A stretch of DNA of 63,765 bases, counting the filler, from Reclinomonas americana ATCC 50394 (taxonomy: Eukaryota): assembly GCA_048213135.1 (NCBI GenBank). It is 20 parts of 20 records of this genome, joined end to end, with 100 filler letters (N's around TTAATTAATTAA, not from the genome) between each part and the next. Parts side by side here need not be neighbours in the genome. Positions count along the whole stretch, not along the records: positions 1 to 2,992 come from AFZH01024399.1; positions 3,093 to 6,166 come from AFZH01024400.1; positions 6,267 to 9,195 come from AFZH01024401.1; positions 9,296 to 16,855 come from AFZH01024403.1; 16 more parts are not named here. The stretch is one strand, 5' to 3'. The translations under genes and the position numbers were made by a program. Position 1 is the stretch's first letter; every line of letters begins with the position of its first letter. A model generated the notes under the pieces. The model did not search any database. It was given only the letters and a program-made list of their open reading frames with translations, and was not told where the DNA came from. This document shows positions 1 to 11,566 of this stretch, one piece after another.

Positions 1-44
<44 letters not shown>

Positions 45-373
45 TGGAAAGATAAAATGAGAGGGGCAAGAGGCGAATGCATCAGTTGGTAGAGTACGCG
101 TGAGAGCATCCACAAAGGAGAACGCGAGTATGAGAGAGACAGAGACAGAACAGACAAAAACACCAGTTGCCGCAAACTGAGTTGCTTGTAGGAGGATACG
201 AGGTGTTGGAGAGAGACAGGCGAAGAGGCTAGAGAGAGAGAGAGACTGGCGAAGATGAGAGAAGGCAGAGATAGAGGAGATCGGTTGGAGAACGGATGCG
301 AGGCGTTGGAGAGTGACAGAAGATGGCGTGTCTGTGTGCATGAAAGAGAAAAGGCATACCCGCCTTCATATTC

Positions 374-2498
374 TCAGCCACGCAGAAAGGAGAGAGAGAG
401 AGAGAGACGAGCTTTCGCAGCCCTGATGTACGACGGGAGTGCTGATGGAGGCAGAAGAGCGATGAGCAGCACATCGTGCGTTCTCACAAGCAGGCGAAAT
501 ATGAAGAACGTATGCGACAGAGGGAAAGAGATGCGAATCCAGATGGAGGGAACAGCAACCGCGCTTGTGCACTGTGCCCACCACGCAACTGCTCCAATCT
601 CCGAATGCCACGTCTGTACAAACTGCACGTACACAAACCACAACGATCGCCCGGCCACCACAAAGATGAGCACCCAGCGGAATACCTCCAGCGGGATCAA
701 GCAGAGGATCTGTGCACGGTGTGAGACCAGCAAAGGCATGCACGCCACACACTCCACCAAACGAACCGCCACAGGAATGAACATTGCCAGCGAGTACGAC
801 ACAATTCCGAGAATCACGAGAAGTGGCACACTCTCCGAGCCGAGCAATTTGCCGGTGCCCCATAGTGCCAAGGGGACCACAGCTGTGCAGGAAAGAGAAT
901 GAGTGAAAACTCTAGATCTCCAACACCTTCAAAGTGAGCCGTTCCTTCATCTTGAGCGCTCGATCTCTCTTCTCCCCACTCACGTCATGCTTCGTTGCCC
1001 TTCCTACCTCGCATTCTTCCTCACTTCCATAATCTTCTCTTCATCGTTGTGAGCTTTCCCATTACTCAATCGTCGCTCTCAACATTCCACCCTCGCTAGC
1101 ATCTGTTCTTCAACTTCATCGTCTCACATCGTGCACTTGCTTCGGTACACGTCTTCTCTCCACACTCTCAGTCGCTCTCAGCATACAAGTCAATCGCTCG
1201 TATCTGCCACTCGTTTCTTCAATTTCATCGTCCTCATCATGCGCTTGCTTGTGTACACATTTTCTCTCCACACTCTCAGTCGCTCTCAACGTGCACTCTC
1301 TCACGCCACCCTCGTTAGCATCTGCCACTCGCTTCTTCAATTTCATCGTCTCTCATTGTGCACTTGCTTGCGGCTCTTCGCTTCGTCACTGTCTCAGTCG
1401 CTCTCAGCATACAAGTCACTCGTTCGTATCTGCCACTCGCTTCTTCAATTTCATCGTCTCTCCACACTCATCATATAATCTCTCATTCCGCCCTCGCTCC
1501 CATCTGCCACTCGCTTCTTCCAGTCCCTCGTTCCTCATTGTGAACTTACTTGCTCACACGCCTTCTCTCCACCCTCTCAGTCGCTCTAAACATACAAACT
1601 ACTGCACACGCATCTGCCACTCGCTTCGTTTGATGCAGCGCACATACTTGTGCATTCATTGACTCCACACTCTCAGTCGTTCTCAACATGAAATCTCTCA
1701 TTCCACCTTCGATCGCATCTGCCGATCCAGTGCATGTACATGTGCACGCATCTTCACTCCACAGCCTCACTTGTTTACACACAGAATCCACACCTCCTTC
1801 TCCCCTCCCCTCCCCCTTCCCCCTTCCCCTTCCCTCCCCACCTCCCTCACGCAACTGGCATACCCATAGATCAAGAGGCACGACATCGTAAACAAGTACA
1901 TGTCGTACGACCACGGCTTGATCATGGCGCCACCACCCTCCGGCTCCATGGTGTACGCATTGATCCAGGAGACGTACGAGGCGAGATTGCCCATGATGCT
2001 CATGACGATAATGAGGGTGGTGGTGATCCACAGCGGCCCGTACAGATCCGGATGCCGCGAGTACAGCTCAATAAACTCCGACTTGCGCGAGTACAGCGGC
2101 CACACGGTGCCCAGCAGGCGATTGCCAATATCCTCGGTGTTGACCTTGAAGTATGGCGCGTAGTAGGCCAGCTGCCAAAAGTACGCATTGGCCGAGGTCG
2201 GCGACATGGCGCCCGGTGCATTGCCGGGCGCAGCGGCGGCGGCCTGCGACTGTTGCGACGACGACGACTGTTGCTGGCCGGCCGGCGGCTGTCCTGGCAG
2301 CAGCGCCGCGCGATCGCCACGACTCTCCACGTCCATGTCGAAGGAGGTTCGTGGTGGGGTCGAGGGCTGCTGGAGGTGGAGTGCGCCGGGGCCCGCCGAG
2401 GGCGCCGTGAGCATTGGGAGTTTGGAGAATTCGAGGTCGTCGGGGGAGCGAATGAGGTTGCCGCTGGCGGTGCGGGTGGCCACAGTGGCGGTGGGGGC
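374..2498 (-). CDS. Yip1-domain Golgi membrane protein (YIPF1/YIPF2-like), spliced; ends approximate
   Basis: Exon 2498-1856 encodes FWQLAYYAPYFKVNT...PDLYGPLWITTTL...YGYA. Intron 1855-883 (GTTGCGT...CAG) joins it to (T)VVPLALW...YSLAMFIPVA, then ILCLIPLEVFRWVL. These match Yip1 family motifs. Confidence 0.88.
1090..1730. repeat. Degenerate ~110-bp tandem repeat inside the YIPF intron
   Basis: The motifs CACTCTCAGTCGCTCTC and ATCTGCCACTCG recur about 5-6 times at roughly 75-120 bp spacing. Confidence 0.75.
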
Positions 2499-2795
2499 CT
2501 GAGGGGAAAGGGAGAAGGTGGGAAAGGGAAAGGCAGAAGGGGAAGGAGAGAGAGACACGAAGAGCAAGGGGGAAACAGAGAGAAACTTGAACGATCGGCA
2601 GAGTGACGTAGACAGGATATGAACGGGTGCTGTCAGCAGCTGCAAACTTCTTCAAAGGTAAAGATGGAAAGAGGTACTGAGAGAGACAGAGAGAAGAGAG
2701 GCAGAGAAAGACAGAGAGACACTGCCTGATCGGCAGATTGACGCCGAGACACGAAGTGAGCGGTGCTGCCTGAAAGGGACACGAGGCACAGAGAC

Positions 2796-2992
<197 letters not shown>

Positions 2993-3092
2993 NNNNNNNN
3001 NNNNNNNNNNNNNNNNNNNNNNNNNNNNNNNNNNNNTTAATTAATTAANNNNNNNNNNNNNNNNNNNNNNNNNNNNNNNNNNNNNNNNNNNN
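2993..3092. other. Artificial contig spacer (44 N + TTAATTAATTAA + 44 N); representative of 19 identical spacers
   Basis: Identical 100-bp spacers start at 2993, 6167, 9196, 16856, 18514, 22734, 26220, 29421, 31745, 33975, 35263, 39297, 41995, 45561, 49566, 51569, 55691, 61372 and 62593. TTAATTAATTAA is palindromic and places stops in all six frames. Confidence 0.99.
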
Positions 3093-4690
3093 GGCGCCGG
3101 CAGTGACGAAGAAGATGAGGATGACGACTGCGGAGCTGCTGATGCCACCGATAAACCACTGGTGCTCACGGTGCGTATCGACTGTGCGAAAGTCGCTGCA
3201 TGCAGATGATCGAATTGACTGTTAACATGTTGTTGTTGATGGTAAGGGCGGGAGGGTAACAATACCTGGAGCGGCATTCAACGACTGCCAGGATGCCGGA
3301 CTCCTCGCCTGCTTTTTTTTTAGAGCTGTGAATTTGGTCTTTCGAGTGGGAGAGGTCTTCGGTGCCGAGGGCACAACTGGCACGTGCACCGGACCGGGTG
3401 AAATTCGCAGCATTGTCGATGCAGCACAATCAATTCCCGTGCAGCTTCTTGGCGCAGACGAGGCCACTCGCGCCACAAACACTGCTGCTCTCGAGAAGTG
3501 GTGTGATGTGCGTCACTCTGGACTTCTTTTTCGTCAGTTGGCAAGAGTCTGACATCTGTTTTCTTCACTGGGTGGGGTCAACGTTGCGTGCATGCAGGAG
3601 GCGCGCAACTTGTTGGAGGCGCCACAGCGGACGAGATCATCTGCAGCACCTGTGCCGGCGCCCATAGCCAGTGGCTCCGATCCACCCACTGCAGCACCTG
3701 AGTACGTGGCTAGTGGCTCAGCAGATCCACCCATCGCAGCACCAATATTAATGGCAGTCGCCGCACCCACTGCAACACCAGCTGTGGCAGGCGGACAACC
3801 GGCTGCAGGAGGCGTGCATGCGCAACAGTTGCGGCAGCACGACAAGTTTACCAGCAATCACGTGGTGGTGGCCTCGCGCGTCGCCAACGAAAGTGGGCAG
3901 ACTATCGCTGGGTTCTGGCGAAATGCCTGCACGTTCTTCCACCTCCTGGGGCATTGCCGTGACCGTATTACAGCCGCGACAAGCGCGATTATCGCCACAG
4001 TTGCACTTCTCGCCCGTTCTAGCGACGGTGCGAGACGTGAACTCGTGCTCACGGCAAGCACCGACGAGGGAACGTGAGTGACCTTCCTTTTGTGCCACTC
4101 TTGTGCGACTTTGTGTCGGCCATGCCACGCATCGCTCAGCGCTCCATTTGTTTCTTCCCTTCTTTGCAGGCTACGTGTGTTTCCCACGATGTTGAAAACA
4201 ATCGCGGGCAGACGGTATCACCTGCGGCGTGGAGCTGCCAAGGGCGCCAAGACGGCAGCCACAAACAGGAAGGCGGCAAAGGAGAAGGCGTCGGCATCTG
4301 GAGCGACCTACACTCCGAAGAAGTTATGTCGACATGTCTCGTACGCGCTCGTGCACACGTGTGCATGAAGCCTGATTGTGCTGATGCCTCCGATGTAACA
4401 GAAAAGGGACTGGCATATCCAAGTTTCGCGCATCTGCGCATGCAAGGAAAAAGTGTGTGTGGATTCAAGTCGAAGAGGACGTCCACATGGGAGATGGATT
4501 CTCTGTCGCATTCCGAAAACTCAAGATGCCGGTGTCGACTAGCAAGAGTGGCGACAAAGGTGCAGCGGCAAGCACGGAGCACACTGAACCACCTGTGACG
4601 TTGCGCGCACTCTGGCCCTGCTCTAGATCTATTTCGTGCTGCATGTCACACCCCACATCCTCTCACTCTTTTCATTTGACACTTCATTAG
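3093..4690 (+). CDS. Hypothetical multi-exon protein, no family recognised
   Basis: Open stretches (3592-4074, about 4170-4322, about 4402-4690) can be joined by plausible GT...AG boundaries. No conserved motif recognised. Confidence 0.3.
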
Positions 4691-4963
4691 TGTCAGTGTT
4701 GGGAGCTTTGACATCGTTGGCGACGAGAATGTTGCCGCACTTGTCGCTCCCACTCGTGCGCGATACTTGCGCGTCTTTCTTGACCACCATGATGTCACGG
4801 GAGAAACAAGGTTTGTTGCTAGTCGACTGCATGCAGCTGTCGTGCATGTTGTAGCACTTATGCACTCCCCCTGCCCGCCCATGGGTGCACACCTGATTCG
4901 AACATCGCGGTCCTCGCCTCGATGTTCGATTCGAGGTTGGCAACGATTGATTCACCCAGCAAG

Positions 4964-5040
4964 GTGTTCGATTCAGTCGACACAGTGCTCGATTCAGTCG
5001 ACACGGTGCTCGATTCAGTCGACAAGGTGTTCAATTCGAA
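4964..5040. repeat. 21-bp tandem repeat GTGYTCGATTCAGTCGACAMR, about 3.5 copies
   Basis: Directly visible; translates as (RCSIQST)n in the ORF track. Confidence 0.85.
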
Positions 5041-7151
5041 GTGACTGTAATATATCAATTCGTGTTCGGACTGTACTTGCCAATCGCATGCGCAGGCAAA
5101 GTCGAATCCCGCATCCGCCAGACCTGGTGTATGCTTGAATCGGGTGTGCGGGGGAGTTCAAAAGGAACCTGATCATGAGTCATGCGCCACATCGGCCAGA
5201 CCTGGTGTGTGCTTGACTCGTGTTCAGCGGGAGTGCAAAATGAATCAGACGGCTGCGCAGCGATCAACTCCACTCAAAGTCGCGTGCACAACAGTGGCAA
5301 AAGCGATATTGACAGTATCAATTTTGTGGTCCGCTTTGAAAAGCAAGTGCTTCAAAGAGCTTGAGACCAGAGACGTACGGATTGGGCAGCTACTGGCCTC
5401 ATTGTCTCGCGCGCTGATGCGCAGAAAAATACGCAGAACTGAAGGCAGATGCTGTTTTGCAACGTTTTCCAACACTGCAGTAGCCTGTGTTGGCCTCATA
5501 AACGCGGCGTAAACGAGCGTGCCGTTGTTTTCTCTACAGATTGCAGTAGCGTCGGCACCTTGCGCCGGCGACATGCAGAAGATAACGCATGCGCAGTTGC
5601 ATGAAATATTCACAGCGGCTCTCAAATTTTTCACGTTGGATTGTGCGTCGTCAGGGAACAAGTTTTGTAGACTCTGTGAGGCGCAAGTGATAGAGCTCCT
5701 GGAGATCTCGCGATTGCTGTACTCAGAACTGACAAACGATCAAGTGCGAAAAAAAAAGTCGAATCAAGCACGGGGTGCGCCGGCGCAATGCTCGATTCGA
5801 GCATCCAGTCGAAATTTTTCCGAATGAAGTTTAAACTTGCTGTTGGTACACCAGATTAGTGGCTGCATAATGCACGTACGTATTCGCAACGCCACGAAGC
5901 CGAATGCCCCGCATTGTTGCTTGATTTCGACACAGTCGTGTTCGAATCACATGCGAAAATGTTCGAATCACGTGCGAAAATGCGCGAATGCAGCACAACT
6001 CTGACGCTATCGAACATCGGCCTCGCGGCGGCAATGTTCGAATAGGGTGTTCCATGGTCGTTGATGCCACGTACCCAGGGGGAGTGCAAAAACTGTCCCA
6101 CATGCATGTTTGGAGTGAGTCTTCATATTGTCATCATATCATGACACACACATGTACACTCTCTCTNNNNNNNNNNNNNNNNNNNNNNNNNNNNNNNNNN
6201 NNNNNNNNNNTTAATTAATTAANNNNNNNNNNNNNNNNNNNNNNNNNNNNNNNNNNNNNNNNNNNNTTCGAGTGCTGCAGCAGGTCGCGCTTTTGTTCGT
6301 GATTTGCGACCGCTTCTGTTGGCGCCTGCGACGTCCGTTGTAGGCAACAGCGACAGTGGTGGTCGCAGTGCAGTTGCTGACCATGACATGATCGAGACAG
6401 CAGCAGGGAGTGCTGCTGCTCAGCAACATGCCGACACCTTTGTTGCAATTGGTATCAGCGTGGGGACGCACGAGATTGGTCATGGTGAGAACTTGCTGCT
6501 GTGGGGCCGTGTTGATGTGCAGCTGGCTGCAATATCGATATCTGATGCGATCAGAAACCACCGTGCACAGACGCAGATGCCGGCGGCCGCGGTGGTGACC
6601 ATGAGCAAGACAACGGCAATAGCGCTGACGAAGATGGTGAGTGTCTTTTTGCAGCGCGGATACTCTCTCTCACGCACATCGTGAGAACTGTCAATAAGAT
6701 GACTGACGCATGCAATATACACACGTACTCGACAACACAGAATCAGCAACAGCGAGTGACGGTGGTGCGCATGCTGGCAAGAAGAATGGCAAGAAAAAGA
6801 GGGGCAAGAGTCGAAAGCAAAGGCAGAAGGAGGTGGATGGTTTGTAGTCTATCCTTCTTTGCGTATTTGTCGACATGTCGACAGCAGCATGCAGTAACTG
6901 ACATTATTGTGCATATATAGACACTATTGAGTTCCAACTCAATGGAGCAATATGCGAGGCCATCAATGCTTACGGCCAAGCGCCTCCCGGCGTGGACATC
7001 GACGCTGAATGCACACGCATCGCAAGAACAAGCAAATAAAAGTAGAACGATTGGAGACGACGAATTTGAAATGAGTTGGCTCCTGATCGTTCTACTCCAG
7101 AAACCTCAGTATGTCTAACAACAACTATCACTTACTCTTCTCTCAGAAATA

Positions 7152-8676
7152 GATCAAGCACGACGTGTACTGGATCCGGATGCGGAGGAGGACATGGCAG
7201 GTGACGACGCTGCTGAACTGGAGCTGGCTCGGCAAGTACGGCTTGCCCGCGTTTCATCAGCATTGCTTGATGTGATGAATGCGGCCGCCAATATGTCCAT
7301 GACATTGTTGGGAGTCTGTCACACAATGCGAGGTGTGTTAATGTGAGCTTGTAATTGTTATTGTTGTTATCGTGTGATCTGACCTTTATGTGTGTGTGTG
7401 TGTGCGTTTTTCAGTGATGAGATCCGGCATCTGGTGGCACTCACCACCCACTGATGGGCGTGACGAGCAAATGCTTGGCGAGGACCGCGTCAACCGCTAC
7501 CTAAGGTCTGCAGCATCTGTTCTTGACAGTGCGCAGGCACGATTAGGTAACTTTGCTTTCTGTTAGAAGAAGCAATCCTGCTGCAAGCATAATGATCACT
7601 CATCATTTTCCACGTGCACCGTCACCAACACAGAATCCGCCATCGGAAGTTTCACTTACCGATGCAAGCAAAAGCTCGAAAACATGGTGGGGGAGGACAA
7701 GAAGAAGGCTGCCACCGACGACGACGGCAGCCACACCACCGCAGACACGGCTGCGAACCCCGACCCGGATGTGGAGACAGCGGCTGCGAGTGCAGAAGCT
7801 GATCGAATCGCGCTACTGGTGGAGGATGCCGCGTCCATGCTGATGCGGGCGCAGGCAGAGGAGCCAGCTGAGGAGTCGGACGTCAGTGTCACTGATGAGC
7901 CTGAATTCGAAGAAGATGGTGAGTCGATGCATGATTATTACTATTCGTGTCGTTTTGCACCTCTGACACGATGATGCGCGCACGCAGTACGGCAAGGAAT
8001 GCCACCACCCATTGGTGCGACATACGCCTCGCAGATGCACCACATCGCCATGGGCGATGTGGTGCGAAAGGCGACTCAACCGATCCTGCAGTCCCTCGTC
8101 AGTGACTGCGTTGCGCGGTTGTGCGTGCGCGATGCCGAAGAAAATGGCAGAAAGTCACTCGAAGAAGAACTGAAAATGACTTTCACCACTCTTGCAACTG
8201 ATACTGCGGAGTGGCTCTTGTTGTCGCCGACGGCAATGCGGATGACGACTGCATCTGATGCGCACTCCTTGGCAGACGCCGTGCTCAACGCTGTCAGCAC
8301 TACAATCACTTGCGACGACGACCCTGGCGGTGACGGTCCGAGTGGTGATGTTGACGACGATGGCAGTGGTGACGATCCCATGCTTTCACATTCGAATTCG
8401 GGTGTGGATGCTGAGATTCTTGAGGCCAGTCGTGCTGGAGCACAACAACAACAACAAGTACAATCCTACACTGCTGCGGGAAGTGGTGGTGAGGACAAGC
8501 ACATCATGGACGTTGATGGTACCAGTGCAAGCGGATCTGCTGCTGCGCTCGAGTTGGCGTCGGTGACGGTGGATGGCGGTAGCGGTAGCAGCAGCAGCGT
8601 CGACAAAGGTGCCAACACCGCCGACAAGGTGACACTGTCGAGGCCGGTGCAACTTGCCGCGTACAGATGTGCGTGA
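7152..8676 (+). CDS. Hypothetical acidic multi-exon protein
   Basis: D/E/A-rich open segments (QARRVLDPDAEEDMAG..., MVGEDKKK...EFEEDG|gtgagt, MPPPIG...) are bounded by GT/AG sites. No family recognised. Confidence 0.35.
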
Positions 8677-10346
8677 GTTTATCGATGGGGACTGGCGCAG
8701 AGAGTTCACAACTGTCACTCCTTCTCCCATTCTCTTCTCCTGTTGTCACACAGTGACAAGTCTCCTGTGCCTTCTTCAACTAGAAGCAGCTAGCTGTTAT
8801 GGGGATTGCGTGTTAACGCTATCCTTGCTTGTATTGGTGTTGGTGTTGATGTTTGGTGCTGTCCATTGTGTGCTACGATGTGTTATCATATGCATTCGAA
8901 TATCTGTGCATGCGCAGTTGGTGTGGGTGCATGCTCTTCTATCATGGTTATTGTTAACATGTTGTTTGTGTTTACGTCGTTTGGTGGTGCACATGCATTG
9001 TGTTGGTGCACCAGTACCACGATGCGGTCTGTAGTTGTTTGCTCTTGTTGTTGTTGTTGTTGATGCTGTTGTTGTTCTTGTACAATTGTTATTAAGACTC
9101 TGAATCGGTTGTTGTTTTCTCTTGTTCATTTTTGTTGTTGTTAACATGTTGTCTTGTTGGTCGTTTTTGCTATTGCTGTTGGTGGTAGTGTTGGTNNNNN
9201 NNNNNNNNNNNNNNNNNNNNNNNNNNNNNNNNNNNNNNNTTAATTAATTAANNNNNNNNNNNNNNNNNNNNNNNNNNNNNNNNNNNNNNNNNNNNCGCCT
9301 TCGTTGTCGTCCCTCCCTCACTCTCTCTCTCTCTCTCTCTCTCTATCTGTCTGTCTCTCTCTCCCTCAAGCTGTCTGTATCTCTTGACTGATTTCACATC
9401 TTTCTCTTCCTGCATTCTGCAACCTCTGCAGCGCTCCCTGTTGCCTCCCCTTCCCTCCTCTCTCTCTCCTCCTTCCCTCCCCCCCTCCTCTCTCTCCCTC
9501 TCCCAATCTGTTGTCCGCCCTCTCCCTTCCCTTTCCCTTACCCCCTTTCCTTTCCCTCTCCACACTTACCTCCATCACAACAACAATCACTGATCATCTC
9601 CACCGGAATCGCCCACAAGAGCGTAAACGCGATCTTGCACACAATAAGCACTGGGTAGATGAACACATAGAATGCGGCCAACACAATAATCCTTATCAAT
9701 CCCTCTGTGCATGAGATAGAGAGAGAGTAAGTGAGTGAGTGAGTGAGAGAGAGCACTCTTCTCAAGTCACGTCCATGCAGCAGCTGCAGCACCTTCCCCA
9801 AAGAGACACTCGCACACATCTCCGCAGAATTCAAGCAGCTTGCCTGTGTCATGTGTGCATGCAAATGAATTCTGTGTTCTTTCTCTGTTTGTTGAGGGTT
9901 GCGGTGACGCAACGGCACATGAGCTGTGTGCACCACAGCACGGGGTGCTGCGATGGGCCCTCAGAGAGAGGGGGAGGGATTGGCGGATTGGAGCGGTTGC
10001 GCAGGACGGGTGGACGTTGCCACACGTCAACGTTGAGTTGCCAGAGACATGGAGGGGATTGGCTTTGATCTGCTACTTTGCGGTCCTGTTCGCCATGGGA
10101 TTATACGCCATGCGACATCCTCTGCTCTGCAATTGACCCCCCACACACAAGGAACCTGCTGCTGCCTCAACTGCATCCGACCCTTTCATGGCCCTTGCAT
10201 CCTTGATCCTGCGAGTTAACCAGCAACTGCGGCACGCCAGTCGACTGCCATGCTGAACACAGGGTTATTTGCCAATTGAATGAGGCTGCTGGTAACCCTA
10301 GACATCTGTGTCCTCACCCCTGGCAGCCTACAACAACGCATACGAT

Positions 10347-10894
10347 TCATGGTGGTCTCGTAGTGGTGGTCGTCGTCGTGGTCGTCGTGGTCGAGGAGGA
10401 GGACGACGGCGGAGCACCGAATGGATGCAGTGGCGCGCTGCCGACCGTCGGCGACATGTGCTCGCGAGCCTGGTGCAACATTTGCGCTTGCAGGCGCTGC
10501 AGTTCCTCGACCGGCAGCGTCGGCTTCTTCTTCGGCTTGGAGGCCTTGGACTGCGCGAGGACAAGGAGAGAGGATAAGCTCATGTGGAAGATCCGTCTAG
10601 CATACGACGATCTCCCACTCAAGCCTGATACCAACTACTTCTCTCCCTTTCTCGTGCCGTGTGCTCGGCCTCAACTTTGTGACTCAGCAACAGTCTCACT
10701 TGAGCTCTCATCCCTTCTTCTCACACATCACGCAACATCGCGGCACTCCTTGACCACGTCACGCACAGCGGCATCGTACTGCGTAAACTCGAGTTTATGC
10801 AGCGCACGGAGAATGTGGTCGGGGTTGATGGTCTGCATGTTGTCGTCGCGCGTGGATATCTCATTCGCCTCGTCGGTGAGCATGCGGATGAACT
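10347..10894 (-). CDS. DR1: Negative cofactor 2 beta / DR1 histone-fold protein, 3' exons
   Basis: Exon 10894-10737 EFIRMLTDEANEIS...TINPDHILRALHKLEF...VVKECRD and exon 10550-10347 SKASK...PVEELQRLQAQMLHQAR match the DR1 motifs EFIHLISSEANEIC, TISPEHVIQALESLGF and PEEELLRQQQELFAKAR. The 5' exon was not found. Confidence 0.85.
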
Positions 10895-11077
10895 CTGAGA
10901 AACGGGAGAAGGGGGAGGGGGGGAAGTCAGAAAAGAGAAGTCTGTCTGTGGTAGCAACAGACGATGCATCTCGATCTCTGATCTCGTCGCGATGTGTGCC
11001 CTCTGAATGTACCAAAGCTTGATCTCTCGTGAAACAGCTGTTTCTCTCTCTCTCACTCAGTCTCCTCTCTGTCTCTG

Positions 11078-11138
<61 letters not shown>

Positions 11139-11141
11139 CTC

Positions 11142-11209
<68 letters not shown>

Positions 11210-11566
11210 GTCTATGTCTTCTGTCTTCCTTCTGCCCCACTCCCCACTTGATATATACTGCCACCCCCTCTCATCTCTCACTCACTGGCGTACATTTCTC
11301 TCCTCCTCTCCCGTTCTGGTCTTTCTCCTCACCTCGTCGTCATCACTTCTTCTCCCGCTCCCGACATCTCTTCTGCCATCTCCTTCTCACGCTCTGGCCT
11401 CTCTTTCCATCCTCCTTACGCCCCTCTCCCTCCTGGTCTCCCTCTCTCCCTCCTGCAGTCTCCACTCGCCAGCTAATCCATCCTCATCTCCTTTCTCCCT
11501 CCCTTTCCCGTTCCCTTTCCCTCCCCCTCCCTTCCCTTTTCCTTCCCCTTCCCCTCTGTGCCTCAC

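Noticed and set aside
3037..3048. Regularly recurring TTAATTAATTAA palindrome as a biological repeat or CRISPR-like array
   Set aside because: It is always centred in exactly 88 N; a synthetic six-frame-stop linker.
9590..10136. Hydrophobic peptides on both strands (GLIRIIVLAAFYVFIYP.. minus; WRGLALICYFAVLFAMG.. plus)
   Set aside because: Possibly exons of a membrane protein, but strand and gene model could not be resolved.
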